64,000 bases of DNA. It comes from Methanomassiliicoccaceae archaeon UBA404. GTDB taxonomy: Archaea > Thermoplasmatota > Thermoplasmata > Methanomassiliicoccales > Methanomethylophilaceae. Within the stretch, counting starts at the first letter, position 1, and each line of letters opens with the position of its first letter. A program made the position numbers and the translations under genes. The notes below the pieces were generated by a model, which worked only from the letters and a program-made list of their open reading frames with translations, searched no databases and was not told where the DNA came from. Below, one piece after another: positions 30,408 to 39,816 of this stretch. The DNA is taken from assembly GCA_002498605.1 (NCBI GenBank), contig DAHY01000009.1:22971-86970 (forward strand), in the 5' to 3' direction.

Positions 30408-30532
30408 AATTATCTCTCCTATCTATCTCGGCCCTAATACTACTTCCTAACCTTCCCTACAGCGTACAGGGAGCTATATCAGAATGCCTGTATTCTCACA
30501 TTGTGCTACCGATTATAAATCTTTGCATTCGG

Positions 30533-31447
30533 TCAGCAATGGGGACAGGACCAGAGTCCGTTGTAAAAAATCATATCCCTGCCGCATCTGGGACATCTGT
30601 GATCGATATCGGAACCGCGAATAATTTTCCCGTTGAGGTCTTTTGATGCCCAAAATATCAAATCCGTCAGGAAATCAGCCCTCTCGGTTTCTTCCGCACA
30701 ATACAGATTCAAATTGTCCGCCTCGTTGTAAAGTCGCAGATTCATTCTGTTCAGTGCGGATGCAATATTTTTGTGAGAAGTTGCGGAAATTATCTTTTCG
30801 GAAAAAATGTTATTTCTGTATCTGACGTCGAGATATTCGATGGATTTGTTAAGGAACAAATCAAAAGCATCCTCATCCGGACGAACTGGTACGGAGAGTA
30901 TCAGGTTTCTTTTAGGTTCCAGCTCGGGATGCCGGTTTATTATGCGGGAAAGTGTATCGTGTAATTCGTCGCGCATGGATCCTTTAACCATTCCGTAGGA
31001 TCTGCGAATAGTGTCGATATCCTCTATTCTGCCTATGGAACCTAAAGTTTTAGCGGCTTTGGAAAATTCTTCGCCTCTTTTGTACCGTATGATTTCCAGC
31101 ATCAGAGGGATTCTTTCTTCGATTTCTAAAAATGCGGAGAGGTATCCGATACAGGCACCGCGCACTGTTTCTGTATCCCTGATACTCATATCTCTGATCG
31201 TTGCGGCAACGTAGGATTCTCTGACGTCCGTAAGCAACATGATGACTTCGGTACGGACTCTTTCGTCGTCGTAGGATAAATAATGCTCCAGGATAGGCGC
31301 ATACTCTGGTCGGTAATGCACAACTAACCATCTGTCGGCGGATATACCGCCCGGTCTTCCGGTTTCTATTTTATCTATGCCGCCGATAAAACGTTCCAGA
31401 TAGCCAGCTTTACCGGAAGATGAGTTTCCCGTGTTAACCGGATTCAC
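30533..31447 (-). CDS. HEAT-repeat protein with C-terminal zinc ribbon
   Basis: HEAT-like helices and terminal CPRC...CPHC; likely GTG start overlapping the upstream stop. Confidence 0.7.
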   Translation of the reverse strand: MNPVNTGNSSSGKAGYLERFIGGIDKIETGRPGGISADRWLVVHYRPEYAPILEHYLSYDDERVRTEVIMLLTDVRESYVAATIRDMSIRDTETVRGACIGYLSAFLEIEERIPLMLEIIRYKRGEEFSKAAKTLGSIGRIEDIDTIRRSYGMVKGSMRDELHDTLSRIINRHPELEPKRNLILSVPVRPDEDAFDLFLNKSIEYLDVRYRNNIFSEKIISATSHKNIASALNRMNLRLYNEADNLNLYCAEETERADFLTDLIFWASKDLNGKIIRGSDIDHRCPRCGRDMIFYNGLWSCPHC

Positions 31448-31674
31448 TTGAGGTCGTCCCTTGTTTCCAGGGCCATTCTGAGCATTGCGGCTTCTTCTTG
31501 TGTAAAGGTGATGCCCTTGCCCATTTTGCTGCGATCGGGAGCCCATTCTCTGATGTCATATTTGGGCTCATTTTCGTTCCAGCGGACTATGTTCAATTCT
31601 TTTTTCCACCCTTTGGAAGATTCGGACAACACCGCAATCTCTTCTACAACCTCGTATTTGAATTCATTAGTCAT
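31444..31674 (-). CDS. YdbC/PC4-like ssDNA-binding protein
   Basis: GWKKELNIVRWN...KYDIREW.PD..KMGKGIT. Confidence 0.92.
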   Translation of the reverse strand: MTNEFKYEVVEEIAVLSESSKGWKKELNIVRWNENEPKYDIREWAPDRSKMGKGITFTQEEAAMLRMALETRDDLK

Positions 31675-31852
31675 GTTTTTACCGCTATCGGGATTCTATT
31701 TTTAGTATTTAAAATAGCAGAAGAGACATCGATAATAAATAATGACGTGATGATATAAACAGTCCCAGTGTAAATATATGCAAAAAATTATTACACCGTT
31801 TGTCTTAGGATTATTCGCATCTTTTATATATTTGTAAAGACAGTTTACGTTT

Positions 31853-32467
31853 ATGTCATTCTTTGATAATCCTAAAAATTTTGGATTGGCAGCTATTGTG
31901 ATAGGTGCCATCAGTTTGATAATGGGAATCGTAGGCATCGTTAACGGAGCCTTGGCCGACCCCATCGCGACAGGATCTGTTGTTGCGTCGGCAGGTACGC
32001 TTGCGTTCGGTGCTTTGATTCTCGGAGTGGGACTGCCCGTGTACAAGGGAGAAGAATCTAACAAGCTTAACATTCTCGGAATGTTTGTCAGATTCGTCGG
32101 ACTTGCAATAATCGTTCTCGGAATATTTACCGGTGCAGGACAAATAATCGACGACAGCCTGTCTGCAGGTATCGTATACATTGTTGTTCAGGTCGTTCTC
32201 GGTTTGGTCCTTATGTGGATTGCCGGAAGAATTGTAGATGGATCTGTTGACACACTTGACAAAATCATCTGGATTGTTCTTCTCGTTGTGTTCGCAATAC
32301 TCACAATATTCTTCCTTTACGGCATCATAGCGCCTTTCCTCGTCGACGGTTACGTACTGATCGATGCGGTAATCGCTGCGATAGAGAGCCTCTGTTACTT
32401 CATTCTGGCTGCTTTCCTCTTGGTATCCGTACTTTCAGAGGATGTTAAGTCCGCAATGGGAATGTAA
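31853..32467 (+). CDS. hypothetical integral membrane protein (~6 TM)
   Basis: Hydrophobicity pattern; TATA-like TTTTATAT about 25 nt upstream. Confidence 0.75.
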   Translation: MSFFDNPKNFGLAAIVIGAISLIMGIVGIVNGALADPIATGSVVASAGTLAFGALILGVGLPVYKGEESNKLNILGMFVRFVGLAIIVLGIFTGAGQIIDDSLSAGIVYIVVQVVLGLVLMWIAGRIVDGSVDTLDKIIWIVLLVVFAILTIFFLYGIIAPFLVDGYVLIDAVIAAIESLCYFILAAFLLVSVLSEDVKSAMGM

Positions 32468-32647
32468 GTTTGCAGAACCGGGCAGAACCAATCAAACCTT
32501 TTTCACAATTTTTAATTTATAAATATCCTTTTTACAATCGGTTTTCGATAATACTTATATATCTATAATTTTTAATCATAATGTCGATAACAAGACAGGA
32601 TATACAAAAGTGTCCAGGTACTTTATGGAACGGACGAGTTGATCTGA

Positions 32648-33934
32648 ATGGATATGGGTCTCGTCGTAGCTCTGACTGCAATTATATTTATTCTGTTGAT
32701 TTTTTCAGCATATTTCTCGATGTCCGAGATGACATTTTCAACAGTTAATACGATTAAATTAAAAAAATTAGATTCCGAAGGTGTATCCAACGCCGCAAAG
32801 GCAATATCTCTAACTGAAGATTTTGACAAGTTTTTGACTACGGTCTTAGTCGGCAATAATTTGGTAAACATCGCAGCTTCGACAACCTGTGCGATGTTGT
32901 TTACCGAACAGCTTTTGCCCGGCAATCCCGGTCTTGCTACGGTATTGGCAACAATAGTCATGACACTTCTCATTCTGACTTTCGGGGAAATTCTTCCAAA
33001 GACACTGGCTAAGCGAAATGCCGAGCGTTATGCTTTGAAACTCGTCAACTCCCTGTCGATGTTTGTAACGATATTCTATCCGTTGTCCTGGGCATTTGTA
33101 AAGATGGGAAACTTCCTTACCAAGAAAGAAGACGAGGATGCCGCTCCGACGCTGACCGAGGATGAACTCGTAGTAATGATCAATGAGATCGAAGAAGAGG
33201 GAACTCTTGAAAAAACCGAAAGCGATCTGATTAAATCCGCCATCACTTTTGATGACACCAAACTTTCCGAAGTCTATATACCCAGAGTTGACATAGTTGC
33301 CGTAAGCAAAGACGTTAATATGGACGAATTGAAAGATATTTTCATACATACGGGCTACTCCAGAATACCTGTTTACCATGAAAATATCGACAGAATCGTT
33401 GGTGTTGTAAACGCTAAAGATTTCTACCGAAGATATGTGGAAAACGACAATTTCAATATTATCGATATAATCCGTCAGGTGCAGTTCTTTGATGTTTCAA
33501 CAAATATTGACGAAGTTTTGAATGTAATGCAAAGGACAAAGGTACACATGGCCGTTGTTCTCGATGCGTTCGGAGGTACCCTGGGTATCGTAACCCTTGA
33601 AGATTTGATCGAAGAACTTGTCGGAGAAATCTGGGACGAAAGCGATGATATTACGCTTCCTGTGGTCCGTGAAGCCGACGGATCTTACACGGTCCTGGGG
33701 GATGCCAACATATTCGATGTAATGGAAGATCTGGGCCTGGACTTCGATCCCGGTGAATACCAGGATTACAATGTAAGCGGATACATTCAATATGTTACCG
33801 GGAAGATACCCCGCAGGGGCGCAGTAATAGAACTGGACGGTGTCACAGTCACGGTTCTGTCCACCAAAGGCAGACGTGTGAAGGACGCAAAATTCGAACT
33901 TAAGCCCGATGCTCAGAACTCGGAAGAGAGTTGA
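32648..33934 (+). CDS. CNNM/CorB-type (DUF21 + CBS + CorC) protein
   Basis: FSMSE, LVGNNLVN, FGEILPK, YSRIPVY, TLEDLIEELVGEI. Confidence 0.92.
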   Translation: MDMGLVVALTAIIFILLIFSAYFSMSEMTFSTVNTIKLKKLDSEGVSNAAKAISLTEDFDKFLTTVLVGNNLVNIAASTTCAMLFTEQLLPGNPGLATVLATIVMTLLILTFGEILPKTLAKRNAERYALKLVNSLSMFVTIFYPLSWAFVKMGNFLTKKEDEDAAPTLTEDELVVMINEIEEEGTLEKTESDLIKSAITFDDTKLSEVYIPRVDIVAVSKDVNMDELKDIFIHTGYSRIPVYHENIDRIVGVVNAKDFYRRYVENDNFNIIDIIRQVQFFDVSTNIDEVLNVMQRTKVHMAVVLDAFGGTLGIVTLEDLIEELVGEIWDESDDITLPVVREADGSYTVLGDANIFDVMEDLGLDFDPGEYQDYNVSGYIQYVTGKIPRRGAVIELDGVTVTVLSTKGRRVKDAKFELKPDAQNSEES

Positions 33935-34346
33935 AGTAATCTTTCAATACGTCGATAGCCAGCTCTCTCTTTGCGGGATATGAAGCAACTTTGCATATGA
34001 AGGAGATAACATCTCCTCCGGCGCCGATTCTGTATTTGCCGGACATTGCATCCTGTTTGTCCAATCTGAAAAAGAAACTGCAGTCTTCATCGATACGTTC
34101 TTCGATTTCGTTGGAGATCCAATTAATAACATCTTCGCCCAATCTTTCAAACAATCCGTCGATGTCTTTCTTTTTTGTAAGACTGACTTCCAATATTCTG
34201 GTAATGTTGCCCAGCTCTCCCTCGGCAATCTCTTCGGTATATTCGTCAGTACCAGTCAATTCCGCAAACATGTTCGAAATACGATCCGCATCCTCGGTGG
34301 AGTATATCATTACCCGGGATTTTACCCATACAAAAGCAGGTTTCAT
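33900..34346 (-). CDS. archaeal RNA-binding protein (DUF54-like)
   Basis: YSTED, EGELGN, FFRLDKQ, KVASYP. Confidence 0.8.
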   Translation of the reverse strand: MKPAFVWVKSRVMIYSTEDADRISNMFAELTGTDEYTEEIAEGELGNITRILEVSLTKKKDIDGLFERLGEDVINWISNEIEERIDEDCSFFFRLDKQDAMSGKYRIGAGGDVISFICKVASYPAKRELAIDVLKDYFNSLPSSEHRA

Positions 34347-34825
34347 TCGTTTGCCTCTTCTTTAATTTTCTTTTCGGCTTTGGGAAGCAGTGCCGCAAAC
34401 TCTTCCGCTCTTTCGGAAGATACCGCAACAACGGTATTTTTTGTTCTGAACAAAACTCCCTGCTCGCATCCTGCACAGGTATAGTATCTGTACTTGTAGT
34501 TTCTGAAACTTATGCCCGCATAATTTCTGAGTTCATTCATAACTCCGTAGCGAGTGTCTAGTATTTTCTCAATTCTGTAACTGCGGGTTTTGAAATATTT
34601 TATCACGACTTTATCTTCATACACTTCGGTACTCAGTGTGAATTTCCGAAAGATTATGAAAAACAGAATTGTGATGACCGCGAATACGGCGAGCAACCAC
34701 CAATTGGTCCACCCGAGTATGGCGCTCACAAGAATAAACAGGTCAGTAGGTATAAGTATCGCCATAGTCGCTTTTTCAACCGTTTCGGGCACGACTCTCA
34801 ACCTTTCGCTGAATACGGGTTCCAT
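34343..34825 (-). CDS. hypothetical membrane protein (2 TM + soluble domain)
   Basis: ORF overlapping the DUF54 gene start; N-terminal TMs. Confidence 0.65.
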   Translation of the reverse strand: MEPVFSERLRVVPETVEKATMAILIPTDLFILVSAILGWTNWWLLAVFAVITILFFIIFRKFTLSTEVYEDKVVIKYFKTRSYRIEKILDTRYGVMNELRNYAGISFRNYKYRYYTCAGCEQGVLFRTKNTVVAVSSERAEEFAALLPKAEKKIKEEANE

Positions 34826-34930
34826 ATTATCCGAATGTTGGTCGGAGTTATTTATTTTCCGCACGGACGCTCCACCTGGCATGCAAAAAGGGAATGTTTA
34901 TATCGTACTTCTTTATTGGTCAATATCGTT

Positions 34931-35004
34931 GGGCCCATAGCTTAGCTTGGTGGAGCGTCCGGCTGATAACCGGAAGGTCATGTGTTCGAATCACATTGGG
35001 CCCA
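34931..35004 (+). tRNA. tRNA-Ile(GAT)
   Basis: GGGCCCA...TCCGG-CTGATAA-CCGGA...GTTCGAATC...TGGGCCCA cloverleaf; TATA-like TTTATAT at ~34897. Confidence 0.95.
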
Positions 35005-35041
35005 CTCATTTTCATCTGGCATACCTTATTTTTTAGACCAA

Positions 35042-35539
35042 TCACTTCTTACAGACTTCATTTCCGGCCAAAGGCCTGTGATATTTTCCCGTGACGGATT
35101 CAGTCTCTATTCTGTATACCGCCGTAGGAGGTATTTTCGCATCATCCATGCCGGTCTTTCCGGGCATGAGCTTGTCTACGACTTTCAGAAGCATTTTCTT
35201 CTTTGTTTCCTGATCGTCCACCATCTTGACCTTTCCGCGTATGATTACGGATTCGTAAACTGTGGTTGTGTCGCATGCCGCCACACCGCAGTTTTCATAA
35301 CCTGTTCTTTCCCAAACCGTAAAACAGACCCGCGGATCCCTTTTGAGATTTTCGATTTTTTCGCCCAACCTGCGTCCGTGTATGTAGACGATTCCGTCCA
35401 TCATCACATAGTTGACGGGTGCGGCGTACGGATAACCGTCTTCACCGTTAGTGGATATAACTCCGACATCGATTCTGTTCAAAAATTCTGAAATTTCTTT
35501 TTCTTTCATGCTGTTTTTCTTCATATTGGGTTGCATCAT
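35042..35539 (-). CDS. pyridoxamine 5'-phosphate oxidase-like flavin-binding protein (NimA family)
   Basis: GYPYAAPVNY, IYHG-like YIHG...GEK, PRVCFTV, YESVIIRG, TGK; RBS GAGGTGA. Confidence 0.85.
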   Translation of the reverse strand: MMQPNMKKNSMKEKEISEFLNRIDVGVISTNGEDGYPYAAPVNYVMMDGIVYIHGRRLGEKIENLKRDPRVCFTVWERTGYENCGVAACDTTTVYESVIIRGKVKMVDDQETKKKMLLKVVDKLMPGKTGMDDAKIPPTAVYRIETESVTGKYHRPLAGNEVCKK

Positions 35540-35751
35540 AAATCACCTCTCGGTACTTTAAACGTAAAAGGGTCTGGTGTAATAAATAGATTTACGATTT
35601 TGTGTTTTTTGAAGCGATATTGATGAGATATTTATCGGTTTATAGATCAAAACAAGCAATAATCAATATTTGTTCCAATCATGGGATTAAATGTTGTATC
35701 TGTTGTTAGAAAGTATGATTGAATCCAATATTGAAACAAAAAAGCTTGTCA

Positions 35752-35779
35752 TTGGATGCAACTACAAAAGTTATTTATA
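35752..35779 (+). promoter_or_regulatory. TTGGATGCAACTA motif + BRE/TATA (copy 1)
   Basis: 13-mer at 35752-35764; TTTATA at 35774. Confidence 0.6.
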
Positions 35780-35798
35780 CTAATAATACGTAATATCT

Positions 35799-36029
35799 AT
35801 TACACGCGCAGAGATTGCAAAGTTGAAGGATGTGGCTGTTCTTCGGAAAAGTCAACCCGGAAACTTTATGGCCCTGCAACGACAAGGACGAAAAGAATGA
35901 TATTCTTGAGTCATCGTGAAGGATTCCCTACTGGAATCATACGAAGAAACGGAGTGCCTCGGGCGTTTCTAAGGTGAAACGCTTTCGGGGAAAATTATAC
36001 TCGACCTTCGTAAGGTCTGCGCGTGTGAT
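35799..36029 (+). ncRNA. putative structured ncRNA, unknown family, copy A
   Basis: 14-bp terminal stem ATTACACGCGCAGA/TCTGCGCGTGTGAT, internal hairpins, upstream TATA, downstream T-rich tract. Confidence 0.7.
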
Positions 36030-36233
36030 GCGGTTGTTTTGTTTATTTTTGTAATACTGATTATTCTGTTCAAAATCTAATTCAATGTCAATCGTTTTTG
36101 AGCATGCTCAGAAAGTATTCATCTCTTGTTTATTATCTGCGTTTAATGACTTTATATTTTTGAGATTCTGATTTCTGAAAAGATCTGATTTATCCTATCC
36201 GTATTGTGGGCGCATCCGGTTTTCAAAATACTG

Positions 36234-36261
36234 TTGGATGCAACTAAGAAAGATACTTATA
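36234..36261 (+). promoter_or_regulatory. TTGGATGCAACTA motif + BRE/TATA (copy 2)
   Basis: 13-mer at 36234-36246; CTTATA at 36256; same spacing as copy 1. Confidence 0.6.
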
Positions 36262-36283
36262 TTGTGTATCTCGTACTAACTTG

Positions 36284-36525
36284 TGCACGCGCAGAGATCG
36301 CAATAAGCAAGTAGGATTGAGCCCGGTTCTGTGCGGAATCTTTGGCTCAAAAATCTGAATGTTGCGAACCCTGTTTAGACAATCGACGACAGAATTGGAA
36401 CGGTCGAACGGAATTGAAACGAGATTTCCCACTGGAATCACGCGATGATTCATGCCCCTCGAACGTTCCTGGAAGAACGGATCGGGGGAGTAAGTTCTGA
36501 GTCATCGTGGCACTCTGCGCGTGCA
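36284..36525 (+). ncRNA. putative structured ncRNA, unknown family, copy B
   Basis: Perfect 13-bp terminal stem TGCACGCGCAGAG/CTCTGCGCGTGCA; internal hairpins homologous to copy A. Confidence 0.7.
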
Positions 36526-36646
36526 GTGAGCCTTACGTTCAGACCTGTCATTCAGTTCTTGTATATAGTATGATTCATAAAAAGTCGGCTTCAGACCGCA
36601 AGAAATGAAAATATTGTAAAAAGTTTAAATTTATACTATAACGGCC

Positions 36647-38425
36647 TCAAACGTTTTCTCTCCAACCCTCTGTTGCGTAATTATCAAGATAATGACTGTG
36701 CGTTAACGGCACCCAGACGGCAACGCTAAGGTCTATATGGCCATATGCCAAACCGGCATACATCGGCCCCACATCACTTTCTTTTAAATTTACCGTGTAC
36801 CCCAATTCTTCCAACAGGTGCATTAACACAGTAGAAGATCCGACGGCGCAGGCCCAATTTACCAATCCGATATCGATGTGACCTCGATTGTTTTTATATT
36901 CAAGATCTCCCAGCCATCGATTCTTGACGGATTCGTTTTTGTCAAGCCACATTTCCGTGGCCCGCTGGACACTTACATCCTCGTCTTCAATGAATGCCAG
37001 CAGATCGTTCAATTCATCGATGGAATATGTATATCTCGATAATAAATCCGCAAGATCCTTATCCGATTCCAGTAGTCCGTTTCTTGTCCAGGATTGAATG
37101 GATTCGGCATCTCCGTAAACACCTAAGTCATCATCCAGGCAGATCATGTCGTATTTTCCTATTGCCCAATGAGGATCCCATAAAGTAACAACGATACAAT
37201 CTTTATTTTTGTATGCGGCATCGAGAGTGGAAAGCATACCAGCTTCCGAACTTGATTGAAGCTTATAATTCAGATCGTAGTATTCTATGGCCGTACCGGT
37301 TATCTCCATGATGCCGGCTCCGGCGTCAATGCCTATGATGGTACCGCCTAACTTATCGTTGTGAGCATTGAGATCCGATATTCCGGTTATTTTCAGTTGG
37401 TTAAAAGTATATTGAGTAATGTACAAACCCATCCCGGCTTCTTTATCGATGACGTTGCCTGCATAGGTTATCGGTTCGGACTCATCACTTTCCAAAAAGA
37501 ATGCACCGGCGCCGACTACAAGCAACATCGCAATTGCAACGGCACCGACTTTCAGAGTTCGGTTTCCGTTCTTGGTTTTTCTTTTCTCGGAACTGAAAGC
37601 CTTCGGTTCGGATTTTGTGAAAGACTGTGTCAATCTGTCTAATGTTACTGCAATCAATACAATGGACAAACCCGCTTCGAATCCTATACCGACATCGATT
37701 CTGCTCAATGCATAAACTATGTCTCCTCCGAGGCCGCCTCCGCCGATCATTGCGGCTATGACCACCATTGACAGCGACAGCATAATGCACTGGTTAATTC
37801 CGGTCATTATCGAAGGCATAGCAATAGGAAGTTGAATTTTGGTCAATTTATGCCATGTTGTGGAACCGAATGCATCTGCAACCTCGTTCATTTCTTCGGG
37901 AACCTGTCTTATGCCAAGATTCGTTAAACGGACAACCGGAGGCATCGCGAATATTACTGTTGCAATAACTCCGGGTACGATTCCCAGTCCAAAGAATATC
38001 ACTGCCGGAATCAAATAGACAAAAGCCGGCATTGTCTGCATAAAGTCCATCAGAGCTTTGACGAAAGAATTGGATTTTTCGCTTCCCGAAGCCCAAATAC
38101 CCAAAGGTATGGCAAGGACAACCGCCACTATCGTGGAAACGATGACCATGTTGAGTGTGATCATCGAACTTTCCCAGTAACCCATGTAATAAATAAGATA
38201 AAACGAAGCTCCGATAAATAACGGCATCACTAAACGTTTTGTTATCAAAACCGAGATGAATATCAGAATTATGATAAACACCAAAGGATCCGGATAATTG
38301 AGGATATTCCCGATAATCCGAAGAAAGCCGTCTAAAATATTGCTCAGAAGGTTTAACAGGCCTCCGAGATAAGTTTCAATCCAATCCACTGCGAATTCTG
38401 CCGCTTTTCCTATTACGGAAGTCAT
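36647..38425 (-). CDS. glycine betaine/proline ABC transporter permease fused to substrate-binding domain (OpuAB-C/BusAB type)
   Basis: DFMQTMPAFVYLIP, VRLTNLGIRQV; OpuAC-type SBD with GIDAGAG, WDPHW, NW, AVWVP. Confidence 0.92.
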   Translation of the reverse strand: MTSVIGKAAEFAVDWIETYLGGLLNLLSNILDGFLRIIGNILNYPDPLVFIIILIFISVLITKRLVMPLFIGASFYLIYYMGYWESSMITLNMVIVSTIVAVVLAIPLGIWASGSEKSNSFVKALMDFMQTMPAFVYLIPAVIFFGLGIVPGVIATVIFAMPPVVRLTNLGIRQVPEEMNEVADAFGSTTWHKLTKIQLPIAMPSIMTGINQCIMLSLSMVVIAAMIGGGGLGGDIVYALSRIDVGIGFEAGLSIVLIAVTLDRLTQSFTKSEPKAFSSEKRKTKNGNRTLKVGAVAIAMLLVVGAGAFFLESDESEPITYAGNVIDKEAGMGLYITQYTFNQLKITGISDLNAHNDKLGGTIIGIDAGAGIMEITGTAIEYYDLNYKLQSSSEAGMLSTLDAAYKNKDCIVVTLWDPHWAIGKYDMICLDDDLGVYGDAESIQSWTRNGLLESDKDLADLLSRYTYSIDELNDLLAFIEDEDVSVQRATEMWLDKNESVKNRWLGDLEYKNNRGHIDIGLVNWACAVGSSTVLMHLLEELGYTVNLKESDVGPMYAGLAYGHIDLSVAVWVPLTHSHYLDNYATEGWRENV

Positions 38426-39816
38426 TCGGTTACGCCTCCGTTAAGAGTATCGGCCGCCACGGAGGGACTCACGGTTCCCAGGAAAAGACCCGTATCGGAT
38501 ACTACTGGTATGGGGAAATCGGTAGTAACCATAATCTGGATAACATCACTCATAGGAGCATCGGGACCGACAGTCGGCATTTCCACGACTATGTCCGATA
38601 AATCCTGTTCTCCGGCTTTTACGGCTCGAAGAACATCGTCCGATTCCACCCGGCCCAAGAAACGGTTATGTCTGTCAATAACAAGCATGTCGTTTCTGTC
38701 AAGACGATCCATTATTCTCAGTGCGGTTCTCGGTCCCTGGGTAACATACAGCAGGTTTCTGGGTCTTCTCATGAATATTTCGGCGGTAAGAACCTTTGTT
38801 CTGTCGACTTCCTTTACGAAACGGCTTACGTATTCGTCGGCAGGATTCTGAAGTATGTCTTCGGCCCGGCCGATTTGAACGATTTTACCGTCTTTCATCA
38901 AAGCGATACGGTCTCCGAGCTTCAGGGCCTCATCCAGATCGTGTGTGACGAATAAAACGGTTTTACCGAGTTTCGATTGAATTTTTACGATCTCGTCCTG
39001 CATATCATTACGTATCAAAGGATCCAATGCACTGAACGCTTCATCCATGAACAGGATGTCGGGATCGGTAGCCAACGCGCGGGCCAATCCCACTCTCTGT
39101 TTCATGCCTCCGCTAAGGTCGGAAGGCATGCTTTCTTCGTATCCCGCAAGTCCGACCAAATCTATTGCTTCTTTGGATTTCTCAAGACGTTTTGCTTCAG
39201 GCACGCCCTGCATCTCCAATCCGTATGCAACGTTATTGATAACGTTCCTGTGGGGTATCAGTGCAAAATTCTGGAATACCATGGACATTTTCTTTCTTCT
39301 TGCAATGCGGAGATCATTCTCGTCAAGAGCAGTGAAATCCAATCCGTCTATTATGACACGGCCGGAGGTAGGTTCAATCAAACGATTCATACAGCGTTCC
39401 AAAGTTGACTTTCCTGAACCGGAAAGTCCCATCAAAACGAAAATTTCGCCTTCCAGAATATTAAAAGAGACGTCGTAGAGCCCAACATTATGAGATGTTC
39501 TGTTCTGAACTTCTTCTTTGTCATACCCCCTTTCAAGGAGTTTGAGGGCTTCTTCGGGACGCCGTCCGTAAATTTTGGATAAATTTTGAACCTGTATCAT
39601 AATGCGGTTGCCTTCGGAATCTACCGGAGTCTCCGCTCCCGCAAAGATATCCTCGGCGGTACGTCCTTCTTTTCTGACGGGACGGTATTTTTTTGTGAGG
39701 TTTTTGACGGAACCCTTTACCCGGACTCCGATCTTATGCATATTTGTTGATAAAGCCTCATTGAACTTGTCATCCAAGGCCTTAATCGGTCTTTTTGTTG
39801 TTATCTTTGAGGACAT
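38422..39816 (-). CDS. proV: glycine betaine/proline ABC transporter ATPase with CBS domains (OpuAA/ProV)
   Basis: GLSGSGKST, LSGGMKQRVGLARA, MDEAFSALDPLIR, C-terminal CBS pair; ~70-aa N-terminal extension. Confidence 0.92.
   Translation of the reverse strand: MSSKITTKRPIKALDDKFNEALSTNMHKIGVRVKGSVKNLTKKYRPVRKEGRTAEDIFAGAETPVDSEGNRIMIQVQNLSKIYGRRPEEALKLLERGYDKEEVQNRTSHNVGLYDVSFNILEGEIFVLMGLSGSGKSTLERCMNRLIEPTSGRVIIDGLDFTALDENDLRIARRKKMSMVFQNFALIPHRNVINNVAYGLEMQGVPEAKRLEKSKEAIDLVGLAGYEESMPSDLSGGMKQRVGLARALATDPDILFMDEAFSALDPLIRNDMQDEIVKIQSKLGKTVLFVTHDLDEALKLGDRIALMKDGKIVQIGRAEDILQNPADEYVSRFVKEVDRTKVLTAEIFMRRPRNLLYVTQGPRTALRIMDRLDRNDMLVIDRHNRFLGRVESDDVLRAVKAGEQDLSDIVVEMPTVGPDAPMSDVIQIMVTTDFPIPVVSDTGLFLGTVSPSVAADTLNGGVTE

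Noticed and set aside
35756..36453. ORFs 35756-35977 (+) and 36244-36453 (-) over the tandem elements
   Set aside because: The first starts upstream of the TATA box; neither has a recognisable motif or a shared reading frame between copies; conservation follows base pairing
35750..36530. CRISPR array, retron or IS/MITE explanation for the tandem elements
   Set aside because: No regular repeat-spacer period and no cas, reverse transcriptase or transposase gene in the window; no target-site duplication seen; a MITE is not fully excluded
36647..37500. Permuted order of the betaine-binding domain
   Set aside because: Known OpuAC/BusAB-type arrangement
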